Source: Vampirovibrionales bacterium | GTDB lineage: Bacteria; Cyanobacteriota; Vampirovibrionia; Vampirovibrionales; JAJTHC01 | NCBI GenBank assembly: GCA_947458095.1 | Contig: CANGYO010000001.1 | Coordinates: forward strand, 72,414-123,159 | DNA: 50,746 bases | Reading direction: 5' to 3' | Shown here: one piece after another, positions 28,442 through 38,256 of the stretch | How the letters are laid out: each line of letters starts with the position of its first letter | Position numbering within the stretch: the stretch's first letter is position 1 | Notes under the pieces: generated by a model | The model's database searches: none | Seen by the model: the letters and a program-made list of their open reading frames with translations, nothing else | Told to the model about the DNA's origin: nothing | Made by a program: the position numbers and the translations under genes

Positions 28442-30412
28442 ATGTCCACGACGACGCAACATAAACGCATCCACTTACGCTCACGACTTTTTAAAGCAGG
28501 CACGACTAAACTTAAGTATTCTTGGACGTACAGCCCGCAAGTACAAGCCATTCATGGTAGTCCTAAAGCTTTGTGGCAACGCATGCAAAACGCTTTAGTC
28601 GACGTTTATGGCGAATCCACCGTGGCGACCTTGATGCCTGTCATTTTTCAGCAACTTCAAAAAAGCCGTCAAACCCGACCCGCCGCCCGTCAAGCCCTCG
28701 ACGATCAACGCTCAGTCGACTGGGTCAAGGACGAAGTCGTGTATATGTTGTATCCTGAACGCTTTGGCGTCAATCATGGAGGCAAAGGACAAGGCGATTT
28801 TGACGCCATTCGTGAGCAGTTGCCTTACCTCAAAAGCTTGGGTGTGACCACGCTTTATATTTTGCCGTTTATGTCGTCTCCCCTTGGGGATGCTGGCTTT
28901 GACGTTTCTGATTACACCAATGTGCGTGACGATCTAGGCGGACTCGATGCCTTTCGTCGCTTTAGAGATAAAGCGTCTGCCATGGGCTTTAAGCTCAAGT
29001 CCGACTTGATTTTAAACCACATTAGCGATCAGCATCCGTGGTTTCAACAAGCCTTGGCAGGCAACCCTGAAAAGCTCGATTACTTTGTGTCTCGTAAAGA
29101 AGCCCCTGTCTACAAACGCTTTCGAGACGAACAGCGGGGCATCGTTTGCGATTATACCGAAGCCGACGGTTCCGTGTCGTCTCGCCGTTTGATGTTTCCT
29201 GATCAAGTAGAATGCCATTACCGTCTTATCAACGTCAATGGGCAGGACTACTATTTTTACCATTCGTTTTATCCGTTTCAGCTGGATCTCAACTGGGAAA
29301 ATCCCCATGTCATGCTCGATGTATTGAATGTCATTGCTTTTTGGGTGAATGAAGGCGTCGATATTTTCCGTTTGGATGCCATTCCTTATTTGATTAAAGA
29401 TTTCGGCACCGATGGCGAAAACCGTCCCCGTACGCATTCCGTTGTGGAAGCGATGAGTTGCTTCTTGCAATTGCTGGCGCCTAGTACGATTTTCCAAGCG
29501 GAAGCTTGCCAATGGCCTCAAGATATTTTGCCCTATTTCGGCACGGCGGATTCTTCCACGCATCGTAGTTCAGAAGTGCAAGTTTGCTATCATTTCCCTG
29601 TCATGCCTGCGATTTGGGGTAGCTTGCTTGAAGAGCGAGCAGGGCTTTTTTGGCAAGCCATACAAGAAACGCCTGCTATTCCTAATACCTGTGCGTGGGC
29701 GATGTTCCTGCGTGTGCATGACGAATTGACCCTTGAAATGACGGATGTCGACACACGTAAACGGCTCTATGAAAAGCTTGAAAGCAAAGGCGAAAGCTTT
29801 AGAAGTGGCTTAGGCGTGAGCGGTCGTTTAGCCAGCTTTTTGGATGAAGACCCTCGTCGCATTATTATGGCATACGCTTTTTTATTAAGCTTACCTGGTT
29901 TGCCGATTATCTATTTTGGGGACGAGCTTGGCGAAGTCAACAACGCCAGCTTTGCTCAAGATGCTTCGGCTCAACGCTTGGCGATGATTCAAGCCACAGG
30001 GCAAACCGCTTTAAATTCGACGTATGACAGTCGAGACATCAACCGTTCCCCTTTAAAGGCGGATACGTTGAACCGAGTGCTGAAGCGTCGTCACAACGCC
30101 ACAGGCGTTTTGTTTCAGCAAATGCAGGGTCTTATTGAAGCTCGTTTGGCGAGTGAAGCCTTGCGTCGTGGGGATTTAAGCCCTTTGGCTTTTGGGGAAG
30201 ATTCAGTAAATTCGCTGTTGGCGTTTCAGCGTCAAAGCGAACATGAAACCGTGTGGGTCTTCATTAATTTAAGTGCCAAGGCGTTAACCGTGGATTTAGA
30301 AAAACCTTTCAATACGTATTTTAATTTTGTGGATGTGTTGAATGATGAAATTTTGAGCGAACGCTACTTGCGTTTACCGCCGTATGCGTTTCGTTTTTTA
30401 AAGCATTTGTAG
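28442..30412 (+). CDS. GH13 trehalose synthase (TreS)-like alpha-glucosyltransferase
   Basis: DAGFDVSDY, LNHISDQHPWF, QLDLNW, FRLDAIPYL, EACQW and FLRVHDELTLEM motifs. Confidence 0.85.
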   Translation: MSTTTQHKRIHLRSRLFKAGTTKLKYSWTYSPQVQAIHGSPKALWQRMQNALVDVYGESTVATLMPVIFQQLQKSRQTRPAARQALDDQRSVDWVKDEVVYMLYPERFGVNHGGKGQGDFDAIREQLPYLKSLGVTTLYILPFMSSPLGDAGFDVSDYTNVRDDLGGLDAFRRFRDKASAMGFKLKSDLILNHISDQHPWFQQALAGNPEKLDYFVSRKEAPVYKRFRDEQRGIVCDYTEADGSVSSRRLMFPDQVECHYRLINVNGQDYYFYHSFYPFQLDLNWENPHVMLDVLNVIAFWVNEGVDIFRLDAIPYLIKDFGTDGENRPRTHSVVEAMSCFLQLLAPSTIFQAEACQWPQDILPYFGTADSSTHRSSEVQVCYHFPVMPAIWGSLLEERAGLFWQAIQETPAIPNTCAWAMFLRVHDELTLEMTDVDTRKRLYEKLESKGESFRSGLGVSGRLASFLDEDPRRIIMAYAFLLSLPGLPIIYFGDELGEVNNASFAQDASAQRLAMIQATGQTALNSTYDSRDINRSPLKADTLNRVLKRRHNATGVLFQQMQGLIEARLASEALRRGDLSPLAFGEDSVNSLLAFQRQSEHETVWVFINLSAKALTVDLEKPFNTYFNFVDVLNDEILSERYLRLPPYAFRFLKHL

Positions 30413-30539
30413 CTGGTGTATAGCCGTCAATCGCTTTGCCTGATTCTTGTGAAGCGTAAACACGCTATTTGAAACGCATCTTTGTTTGTGAGACAGTAAA
30501 GGCATCCACTTCGCCCCAAACAGAAGGAGTTTCCCCCTC

Positions 30540-32141
30540 ATGCCTAAAGTGCTGGTTACGGATCAAATTAACGAAAAAGCGGTTGAAATCCTGCAGAATG
30601 CCTGCGAAGTCAGCTTCATCGCCAAGCTAAGCCCCGAAGAGCTATTGGAACAAATCCACGCCTTTGACGGCATTATGATTCGCAGTGCCTCAACCCTCAC
30701 CCCTGAAGTCATGGCAAAAGCCCCGAACTTGCAAATCATCGGCAGGGCAGGCGTCGGTGTGGACAATGTAGATCTCGCTGAAGCCAACCGTCGAGGCATC
30801 GTGGTGGTCAATTCACCTGAAGGCAATACGGTTGCGGCGGCTGAACATACCACAGGCTTGATGTTTGCGCTTGCTCGTCACATCCCACAAGGCGATGCCA
30901 GCCTTAAAGCAGGACGCTGGGAACGCAAGTCGTTGACAGGCGTCGAACTTTTCAATAAAACGCTGGGCTTAATCGGCTTTGGGAAAATCGGTTCACGCGT
31001 CGCCAAAGTCGCCAAAGCCGTTGGTATGAAAGTGATTGTTTACGATCCTTATATTTCTAAAGACGTGCCTGAAGCCATTGGAGCCACACACACCACCGAC
31101 TTGAACGTCATTTGGTCACAAGCGGATTTTATTACCGTGCATGTGCCTAAAACCAAAGACACGGTGAATCTTTTGAATACGGAAACGCTCAAAAAATGTA
31201 AGGTAGGCGTGCGAATCATCAACTGTGCGAGAGGGGGCATCATCAATGAAGCCGATCTCGCAGACGCCTTACGGAGCGGTCATGTCGCAGGGGCAGGCTT
31301 AGACGTTTACAGTGAAGAGCCTCTTAATCCAAGCAGTCCACTCTTGGCGGAAGATTTACGAAGCAAAGTCGTGTTGACGCCTCACTTGGGGGCTTCTACC
31401 GAAGAAGCTCAAGTGAACGTCGCCTTGGATGTCGCCGAGCAGTTGCGGGACTTTTTCAATACAGGTGCCTTAAGCTCCGTGGTGAACTCGCCCCTATTGC
31501 GTTCTGAAGTCATGGAACCCATTCGACCCTTCTTGCCTTTGGGCGAAGCCATGGGACGCATCGCTCGCCAGCTCGCCAAAGGAGGCATTAAGCAGGTCGA
31601 ACTCATTGCGAAAGGCACTTTAGCGGAAGAGAATATCGCCCCCTTGAGCTTGGCGGTTTTAAAAGGCTTGTTTAGTGTCAACCGTGAAGGCGTCAACTAC
31701 ATTAATGCCAGTTCCATTGCCAAAGAACTCGGCATTGCGGTGCAAGAAAGTAAATCCACCGCCAAAGGGAGCCTGCCGAATCTACTGAAAGTCATCGTCA
31801 CCACCGATGCTGGTAAGACGCTCACGCTTTCAGGCACGGTTATGGCAACCGATGTGATGCGAATCGTGGATATTGAAGGCTTTAAGACCTCTTTAAAGCC
31901 GACGCCTTATATGTTGATGGTACCTCACCAAGACAAACCAGGCATGATTGCGAAAATCGGAACGATTTTAGGCGATGCGAACATCAACATTTCGGCTTTG
32001 CAGGTCGGCAAAAGCGAAAAAAGTGAGTCGGGCGATAAAAGCATCATGTTGTTTAACTTAGACAGCCCTGTTGAAGCCGATGTGATTCAAGCCCTCACCC
32101 AAGTCGACGGCTGCTACGAAGCCACCGCTCTAAGCTTGTAG
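30540..32141 (+). CDS. serA: D-3-phosphoglycerate dehydrogenase
   Basis: GRAGVGVDN, GFGKIG, NCARGG and TPHLGASTEEAQ motifs; C-terminal ACT domain (DKPGMIAKIG). Confidence 0.95.
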   Translation: MPKVLVTDQINEKAVEILQNACEVSFIAKLSPEELLEQIHAFDGIMIRSASTLTPEVMAKAPNLQIIGRAGVGVDNVDLAEANRRGIVVVNSPEGNTVAAAEHTTGLMFALARHIPQGDASLKAGRWERKSLTGVELFNKTLGLIGFGKIGSRVAKVAKAVGMKVIVYDPYISKDVPEAIGATHTTDLNVIWSQADFITVHVPKTKDTVNLLNTETLKKCKVGVRIINCARGGIINEADLADALRSGHVAGAGLDVYSEEPLNPSSPLLAEDLRSKVVLTPHLGASTEEAQVNVALDVAEQLRDFFNTGALSSVVNSPLLRSEVMEPIRPFLPLGEAMGRIARQLAKGGIKQVELIAKGTLAEENIAPLSLAVLKGLFSVNREGVNYINASSIAKELGIAVQESKSTAKGSLPNLLKVIVTTDAGKTLTLSGTVMATDVMRIVDIEGFKTSLKPTPYMLMVPHQDKPGMIAKIGTILGDANINISALQVGKSEKSESGDKSIMLFNLDSPVEADVIQALTQVDGCYEATALSL

Positions 32142-32170
32142 AACCCTTTATTCATCTAGAAAAACGTTTT

Positions 32171-32219
32171 TTGAAGGTATCTTAAGGAAAAATTAAGGTA
32201 TCTTAAAAAATCCTTATAA
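32171..32219. promoter_or_regulatory. Phased TTAAG-like direct repeats upstream of the fasciclin gene
   Basis: TTGAAG 32171, TTAAGG 32182, TTAAGG 32193, TTAAAA 32203, TTATAA 32214 (10-11 bp period). AAGGTATCTTAA occurs twice, 21 bp apart. Confidence 0.5.
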
Positions 32220-32351
32220 TTGGGTCTTGCCTATTGAACTACAGTTGTAATGTATGCTTTAGTAAGGAAGTAGACTTTTTGTTTTTTCTTTTAGGGAAAG
32301 AATTAAGAGTGATACTGTTACACATTAATAGATGAAAAGGATTTTAACGAG

Positions 32352-32906
32352 ATGTTAAAAAAATTAGTTCCTCTCTTTATTTTGGTGGCTGTTGCCAGCA
32401 ATTCCGTTGTCGCCTTTGCTGGAGATTCATGGTCTAACACCAACTCTTCTTCCAAATGTGGCATGAGCATGAATCAAACGATTCCTGCTAAACAAGACAT
32501 CGTCGGTACCGCTTTGAATAATCCTAATTTTTCAACGTTGGTGACGGCTTTGAAAGCCGCTGGTTTGGTTGAAGCCCTTAAAGCACCTGGTCCTTACACC
32601 GTGTTTGCTCCAACGAATGCCGCATTTGCTAAATTGCCTGCTGGAACGCTTGAAAACTTGTTGAAGCCTGAAAACAAAGCTCAACTTCAAGAAGTGTTGA
32701 AGTACCATGTACTTCAAGGCAATGTGGCTTCTAAAGACATTCAACGTGGTTCTACCGAAGTCAACACCCTTCAAGGTGAAGCGGTTGAAGTAGAAAGAAA
32801 CGTTTTGGGTAACATCACTGTTGACGACGCTAAAGTCATTATCCCTGATGTCGCAACCACAAACGGTACGATTCATGCGATTGACACTGTTTTAATCCCA
32901 GAATAA
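32352..32906 (+). CDS. Secreted fasciclin (FAS1) domain protein
   Basis: Signal peptide; FSTLVTAL, YTVFAPTNAAF, VLKYHV and NGTIHAIDTVLIP motifs. Confidence 0.95.
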   Translation: MLKKLVPLFILVAVASNSVVAFAGDSWSNTNSSSKCGMSMNQTIPAKQDIVGTALNNPNFSTLVTALKAAGLVEALKAPGPYTVFAPTNAAFAKLPAGTLENLLKPENKAQLQEVLKYHVLQGNVASKDIQRGSTEVNTLQGEAVEVERNVLGNITVDDAKVIIPDVATTNGTIHAIDTVLIPE

Positions 32907-32930
32907 ACCCTTGTTTTTCAAAGAAGATTC

Positions 32931-32965
32931 AAGCATCGCCTCCTCGTGAGAGAAGGCGATGCTTT
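32931..32965 (+). terminator. Intrinsic terminator after the fasciclin gene
   Basis: AAGCATCGCCT...AGGCGATGCTTT hairpin. Confidence 0.75.
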
Positions 32966-33001
32966 ATAGCAGCTTATAGAAAAGGCGATAAGGGGATTGT
33001 T

Positions 33002-33149
33002 ATACCAGTTCCCAGTTTGAATAGCGTATAGGCGGATTCTAGGAGCCTAGACTCGCAGATGTGTGAGGTGTACAGAGACGTACATAAGCACATCGAGAAT
33101 CGTAGCGACAACGAAGACGTCAGACGCTATTTAAAATGGGAATTGGTAT
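33002..33149 (+). mobile_element. MITE family R1 (148 bp)
   Basis: Imperfect TIR ataccagttcccagtttgaatagcgt / acgctatttaaaatgggaattggtat. Near-identical to 47645-47792. Confidence 0.85.
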
Positions 33150-33946
33150 TACTTGAATCCGCCAATACTATAGCTGGGACGATGATAAGCCGTAAGACCT
33201 CGCTGTTTTATGGCTTGACGATGTTCTAGGGTGGCATACCCCATATTACTTGCCCAACCATACTCAGGAAAATCCATCGCCACTGAACGCACCCATTCGT
33301 CCCGATGCTCTTTGGCAACAATGGATGCCATTGCAATTAAGGCACTTTGAGCATCTCCTTTTACAATGGGGCTTTGCTGATGCGACGTAATACTGGGGAT
33401 GCGGTCTCGACCGTCCATTAAATAATGACAGCGAGAGATCGCCTCTTCTTCAAGGTGAGCAAACAACGTGTCAATCGCACGTTGCACGGCAAGCATCGAA
33501 GCCCCGATGATATTATGCTCAGCAATTTCTTCAGGCGTGGCTTGCCCAATGCCGACATGACAAAGATCTAAAATGGCTGGTAACAAAGCGTGTCGTTGCT
33601 TGGCGGTGAGTTTTTTAGAATCGTTAATGCCGACTAAAGACAGTCTCTCGTCTAAAACGCAAGACGAGTCAATGGACTTCCAACACACGGCAGATGCCAC
33701 CACATCGCCGATGAGGCTACCTCGTCCCACCTCATCACAGCCTACCAGTACAGTATTAGGGTCTAATGTTTGAGCCAATGCCTCGTCAAAAGCAAGCAGT
33801 CTCGTCAAGCGAGCTTCGGCGGATGCTTTACTAGATTTGACAAGTTCCTTACTGAGCAGGCGGGACTTCAAAGCAGAGTCCTCCCAATTGCCCTTGTCGC
33901 ACATCCACCAATAAGCGGTGGGCAGCCCGTTGAATATCGGCAACAC
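33149..33946 (-). CDS. rnhB: Ribonuclease HII
   Basis: GCDEVGRG, INDSKKL, MDG, VKGDA, ASIVAK and NMGYAT..H motifs. True start is uncertain and probably lies near 33850, since the ORF overlaps rbgA. Confidence 0.92.
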   Translation of the reverse strand: MLPIFNGLPTAYWWMCDKGNWEDSALKSRLLSKELVKSSKASAEARLTRLLAFDEALAQTLDPNTVLVGCDEVGRGSLIGDVVASAVCWKSIDSSCVLDERLSLVGINDSKKLTAKQRHALLPAILDLCHVGIGQATPEEIAEHNIIGASMLAVQRAIDTLFAHLEEEAISRCHYLMDGRDRIPSITSHQQSPIVKGDAQSALIAMASIVAKEHRDEWVRSVAMDFPEYGWASNMGYATLEHRQAIKQRGLTAYHRPSYSIGGFK

Positions 33947-34742
33947 CCCCCTTTTGAATCAGATTACTCAACGTGGCAATACGTTCAAGGCTCCAAGTCG
34001 TTTGAGCTTCTTCGGGCGAAGGGTTCCCATATTTTTGACGGAGCAAATGCGGATAATGCTCGTCAAAATAACCCAAGCAAAAGCGAGCGATTTCTTCGTC
34101 GTCAAAGCTTTTTTCACCAATAGAAGACACCAACGCCAACCAGTGAGCGTCTTCTTGACGCTCTAGTTTCGGCGGTAAAATACCGGGACTGTCTAGCAAT
34201 TCCACCTGCGGATGCACCCGCACCCACTGCGTTTGCCGTGTTACCCCCGCCTTATGCCCCGTATGCACCTTTTTCTTGCCGATTAAGCCGTTAATCAAGC
34301 TGGATTTACCCACATTCGGCATGCCCATCATCATGGTACGAATCGGGCGAGGCTTTAGCCCTTTTGCCACCCAACGGGCTTGAGCCTCTGCACCTTCAGC
34401 CAAAATGGCGGCAATTAAGGCTTTTTTGGCTTGACTGTCTCGCTGAGCATCGACACTTAACACATGTTCACCCCTGCCTTTGAAGTAATCCACCCAGGCA
34501 TCTAGGAGGCTGGCATCGGCGAGATCACGCTTATTCAGCACGGTCACCAAAGGCTTTTGGCGATCCACCACACGCTGGCGAATATCAGGGTGTCGACTCA
34601 TCAGGGGCATGCGGGCATCTAGCACTTCTACGACGACATCCACCGTTTGCAGGTGCTGATTGAATTCTCTGTCCCATTTGGCCATGTGACCGGGGTACCA
34701 ATGGAGTTGAAACGCTTGTTCTTGGGGGAGATTGTTGATCAT
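33849..34742 (-). CDS. rbgA: Ribosome biogenesis GTPase RbgA/YlqF
   Basis: WYPGHMAK, DARMP, NKRDL, GMPNVGKSSLIN, GVTR and LLDSPG (circularly permuted GTPase). Confidence 0.95.
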   Translation of the reverse strand: MINNLPQEQAFQLHWYPGHMAKWDREFNQHLQTVDVVVEVLDARMPLMSRHPDIRQRVVDRQKPLVTVLNKRDLADASLLDAWVDYFKGRGEHVLSVDAQRDSQAKKALIAAILAEGAEAQARWVAKGLKPRPIRTMMMGMPNVGKSSLINGLIGKKKVHTGHKAGVTRQTQWVRVHPQVELLDSPGILPPKLERQEDAHWLALVSSIGEKSFDDEEIARFCLGYFDEHYPHLLRQKYGNPSPEEAQTTWSLERIATLSNLIQKGGVADIQRAAHRLLVDVRQGQLGGLCFEVPPAQ

Positions 34743-34807
34743 AGGGTTTCTTTTTTCTTTTGTGAGTGAGCTTCTAGTCTACCATAAACAGGAAAGCACA
34801 TGATGTA

Positions 34808-34933
34808 TAGAAAGCTCTGCAAAAGTCAAAAAATACACCGTCATTGCGAGTGAAACGAAGCAATCTGTCCACCACTTGCGGCGTTTTTACAGATTGCCAC
34901 GCTACGCTCGCAATGACGAAAATCCCTTTCGCA
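34808..34933. repeat. R5-type left end carrying an R3 REP palindrome (34839-34918)
   Basis: tagaaagctctgcaaaagtcaaaaaa (as at 47302), then cgtcattgcgagtgaaacgaagcaatctg...cagattgccacgctacgctcgcaatgacg, then a residual right end ctttcgca. Confidence 0.8.
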
Positions 34934-34939
34934 TCAACA

Positions 34940-34969
34940 AACAGGGAAGAACCTTCGTTCTTCCCTGTT
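34940..34969 (-). terminator. Hairpin terminator after the NarL-family regulator
   Basis: aacagggaagaac-cttc-gttcttccctgtt, a perfect 13-bp stem. Confidence 0.75.
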
Positions 34970-34989
34970 ATTACATTATTTTAAAACGA

Positions 34990-35709
34990 CTACACCACGC
35001 TAGGCAATTTGTCGCTGGTATCCACCAAACCAAACTTCAAGGCGTACAAAACGGCTTGGGTACGATCGTTCACCTGCAATTTTTGGAAAATATTGTTCAC
35101 ATGGGTTTTGACCGTGGTTTCAGAAATCACCAAGCGATCGGAAATGCTCTTATAGGTCAAGCCTTCCGTCAACAATTTCAAGACCTCTTTCTCTCGAGAC
35201 GTCAACTGGCTCAACAAGGCTTGACGATGCGGGTCAGGCTTCGACACCTTCTGCACAATCGTGTGGAACTCGTCAAAGAATTTGGTGGCAATGCTGGTCG
35301 GCATGAAGATGCGTCCTGCATTGATGTCTTCTAAGGCACGCATGAGCTGTGTGGTAATCATGGTTTTGAGGATGTAGCCTCGACCGCCTGCACGCATGGC
35401 TTTGTAGACGGTGTCAGGGTCGTCACTACCCGTGAGGGTTAAAATTTTGATTTCAGGCTTTTTCACTAGAATCTGTTGAATAGCTGAAATACCGTCTAGT
35501 TCTGGCATGTTCATATCCATGAGTACGATGTCAACTTCTGTATGCCCGACCCGACGCACGGCTTCGTCACCATTGCTACAAATCCCCACCACCTTGTGCA
35601 TGGATTGCAGTTCAATCAACTGCTTAATGCCTGCGGCGTGATTGGCGTTGTCATCGACCACCATAATGCGTAAAATGGGGGCTTGTAATTCGTTTTGATT
35701 TAGCGTCAT
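34990..35709 (-). CDS. NarL/LuxR-family response regulator
   Basis: VVDD and LMDMNMPELDG receiver motifs; LTSREKEVL...ISETTVKTHVNNIFQKLQV HTH. Confidence 0.93.
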   Translation of the reverse strand: MTLNQNELQAPILRIMVVDDNANHAAGIKQLIELQSMHKVVGICSNGDEAVRRVGHTEVDIVLMDMNMPELDGISAIQQILVKKPEIKILTLTGSDDPDTVYKAMRAGGRGYILKTMITTQLMRALEDINAGRIFMPTSIATKFFDEFHTIVQKVSKPDPHRQALLSQLTSREKEVLKLLTEGLTYKSISDRLVISETTVKTHVNNIFQKLQVNDRTQAVLYALKFGLVDTSDKLPSVV

Positions 35710-36007
35710 GGACGGTATCTCTCCTTTTTGGTCAAGCTAGGGGGTAAATTGTTGATGTTGTGGAGCAAGCACTTTCATGGCGACACGGCATGATGGCTTG
35801 CAGATTTTTTCAATTCCCTTATTCACAACGTGCGGAAGTTGTCGCCCTTCACTTGAAGGAGGGTCAAAAACTTATGGCATACTGTAAGTATAGGAGCTTA
35901 TGGGGCTTTTGAAAATAACCTGGCGGTTTATACCCTCCGTGTGATGTAGATTTGTGGAAGATACACCGCAAAGAGGATGTAACACAGCAACGTACTTTTC
36001 GCCCTTC

Positions 36008-36026
36008 TTTGTAAAGAAATTGTAAC
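36008..36026. promoter_or_regulatory. HLR1-like direct repeat upstream of the NarL-family gene
   Basis: TTTGTAAA-gaa-ATTGTAAC: two perfect WWTGTAAM octamers at an 11-bp period, inside the inverted repeat tcgccctt...aagggcga. Confidence 0.4.
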
Positions 36027-36078
36027 ATTCTTTTCAGAAAAGGGCGACTACTGGGTAACACAAGAAGCAATGGAACGC

Positions 36079-36789
36079 TTAAGGGGTGATTGTATTGCCA
36101 TCTCCGAGTCCTGAAATAACAAGGGCTTGGGGTTTAGGACGCTTGAAAATTTTTATATGCTTCATTCTTCTCTCAACCCAACTAGACAAACGTGAATAGT
36201 CTTCTTTTAATTTAGCATAACCTTCTGTCACCTGTTGAAATCCAACATGTTCATAAAATCCTTTTAAAGGTTTTAAGTCTATCCAACCATTATTTAAAAA
36301 TACTTTTGAATACCATTGGTCTGACGCTTTTGCAACTTCTACCGTGCTAGGTTTACCTTCTGCAACAAGAAAGCTAGCTAATAATGAACCACCCACTCCT
36401 GTCTGAAATGAAACAAGATCTTCTAAACGAAGTGTCTTCGTGTTTCTTTGTCCTAATAAAACCCCTTGTAGTTGTTGTCTTTGATCTAATGCCAAATATA
36501 CACAATGTGCCCCTTTTCCTGAAGGCAGTTTTGCAATGGTAGAATCTAATAAACTGTGTACAGGTGATTCTGATAAAGATATAAGATATGGTCTTAAAGC
36601 CAGAAGAGTTTCTAAATCTTGAGTGTGATAGTGGTCGCCAATTTTATAAATATTTATTCCTATTTTAGGGCAAGCGGCAACAAGAGTAGCCCCTTGACGT
36701 TGAGAAGCATCCACAGGAGGACCATACAAAGCATGACGACCATTTAAAATATGCACAAAAAAGAAACCCATGTTTAAAAGCAATAACAA
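36079..36789 (-). CDS. AT-rich orphan with degenerate GNAT-like motifs
   Basis: GVGGSLL (motif A-like) and GFYEHVGF (motif B-like). Start codon uncertain. Confidence 0.55.
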   Translation of the reverse strand: MLLLLNMGFFFVHILNGRHALYGPPVDASQRQGATLVAACPKIGINIYKIGDHYHTQDLETLLALRPYLISLSESPVHSLLDSTIAKLPSGKGAHCVYLALDQRQQLQGVLLGQRNTKTLRLEDLVSFQTGVGGSLLASFLVAEGKPSTVEVAKASDQWYSKVFLNNGWIDLKPLKGFYEHVGFQQVTEGYAKLKEDYSRLSSWVERRMKHIKIFKRPKPQALVISGLGDGNTITP

Positions 36790-36828
36790 TTACAGATATA
36801 AAAAAGGCTCAATCTAAACTTGTGCTAG

Positions 36829-38136
36829 CTAGACCAACATTGGCTTAGGGAAACGGGCAAACATCACATCAATGTGCTGGAGCAACGGCGACGGGTCAAA
36901 ACACGCGTCAATCGACTCTGCACTTAACACGGCAAGCACGTCCTGATCTGCTAAAATGTTCTGACGAAAATGCCCGCCTTCCACATTCCACGCCGCATGG
37001 GCATTGCGTTGCACCCACCGATACGCCGTTTCTCGGCTCACCCCAGCGTCAATCAACGCTAGTAACACACGCTGGCTAAAAATCACCCCGCCGTAAATGT
37101 TCATGTTGCGTGCCATGTTCTGCGGAAACACTACCAAGTGTTGCATCACCGTGTTAAAACGATTCAACATATAGTGCAGTAGCGTAAAGGCATCAGGCAC
37201 CACAATACGTTCGACCGAAGAATGTGAAATGTCTCGTTCATGCCACAAGACCACATTTTCCATGCAGGGCAAAGCATACGAGCGAATCAAGCGTGCCAAA
37301 CCCGTGATGTTCTCGCTCGAAATGGGGTTGCGTTTATGCGGCATGGCAGAAGAGCCTTTCTGCCCTTTGGCGAAGGCTTCTTCCACTTCCAAGACATCCG
37401 TTCGTTGCAGATTGCGTATTTCCACCGCCATTTTTTCAAGCGAAGAAGCGAGTAACGCAAACGCGTTCATCAAACTCGCGAGGCGGTCTCGTTGAATGAC
37501 TTGGGTAGACGCTTTCACGGCGTCGAGTCCTAGAGCCTTACAGGTCAAGGCTTCCACTTGCGGACTCAAGTGGGCGTAAGTCCCCATGGCACCTGAAATC
37601 ATGCCCACACGACATTCTTCAAAGCCTGCTTCGATGCGAGCCGCGGCTCGTTCGAGTTCATCCACCCACACGAGCAATTTGGCGCCGAAGGTAATGGGTT
37701 CGCCGTGTATGCCGTGGCTACGCCCGACCATTACCGTGTACTGCTGTTCCCACGCCCGTTCGAGCAAGGTATTTTTAAGGGCGTTCAATTTTTCCAACAA
37801 AACAGGTTTAGCCGTTTGAATCTGCACGTTTAAGGCGGTGTCGATCAAATCGCTAGAGGTCATACCCAAATGCACAAAGCGACTGTTTTCACCCACATAT
37901 TCCGCCACATTCGTCAAAAAAGCGATGACATCGTGACGCACTTCTTCTTCAATTTCATCAATGCGAGCGATATTGTATTGAGCCTTTTCCCGCACTTCAG
38001 CCGTCACCCCTTCAGGCACGTTGCCAAGGGCTTCATGGGCTTCAAGGGCGGCGAGTTCTACCAGCAACCATGCGTCGAACTTGGCTTCAGGCGTCCATAG
38101 GGCGGACATCGCAGGCAGGGAATAGCGTTCAATCAT
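36829..38136 (-). CDS. purB: Adenylosuccinate lyase
   Basis: MIERYS start; HDVIAF, HLGMTSSD, GRSHG, GSSAMPHKRNP and WHERDISHSSVER motifs. Confidence 0.96.
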   Translation of the reverse strand: MIERYSLPAMSALWTPEAKFDAWLLVELAALEAHEALGNVPEGVTAEVREKAQYNIARIDEIEEEVRHDVIAFLTNVAEYVGENSRFVHLGMTSSDLIDTALNVQIQTAKPVLLEKLNALKNTLLERAWEQQYTVMVGRSHGIHGEPITFGAKLLVWVDELERAAARIEAGFEECRVGMISGAMGTYAHLSPQVEALTCKALGLDAVKASTQVIQRDRLASLMNAFALLASSLEKMAVEIRNLQRTDVLEVEEAFAKGQKGSSAMPHKRNPISSENITGLARLIRSYALPCMENVVLWHERDISHSSVERIVVPDAFTLLHYMLNRFNTVMQHLVVFPQNMARNMNIYGGVIFSQRVLLALIDAGVSRETAYRWVQRNAHAAWNVEGGHFRQNILADQDVLAVLSAESIDACFDPSPLLQHIDVMFARFPKPMLV

Positions 38137-38256
38137 GGGGGTGAGGCTCCTATAAATACGTCTTGAGGTGAAGGAAGAAAGAGGGGGCATCTGTCATAAT
38201 TATATAGAAAACAGGGATCCATTGCAAAGATTGTGCCTAAACAAGAGGGAAAGACC

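Noticed and set aside
27577-28551. 324-aa version of CoaX
   Set aside because: The extension overlaps the divergent TreS-like gene; kinase motifs begin after the ATG at 28377.
35710-36078. Riboswitch or small ORF (35864-36070) upstream of the NarL-family regulator
   Set aside because: Some inverted repeats are present, but I recognised no aptamer consensus, and the ORF has no clear RBS or motif.
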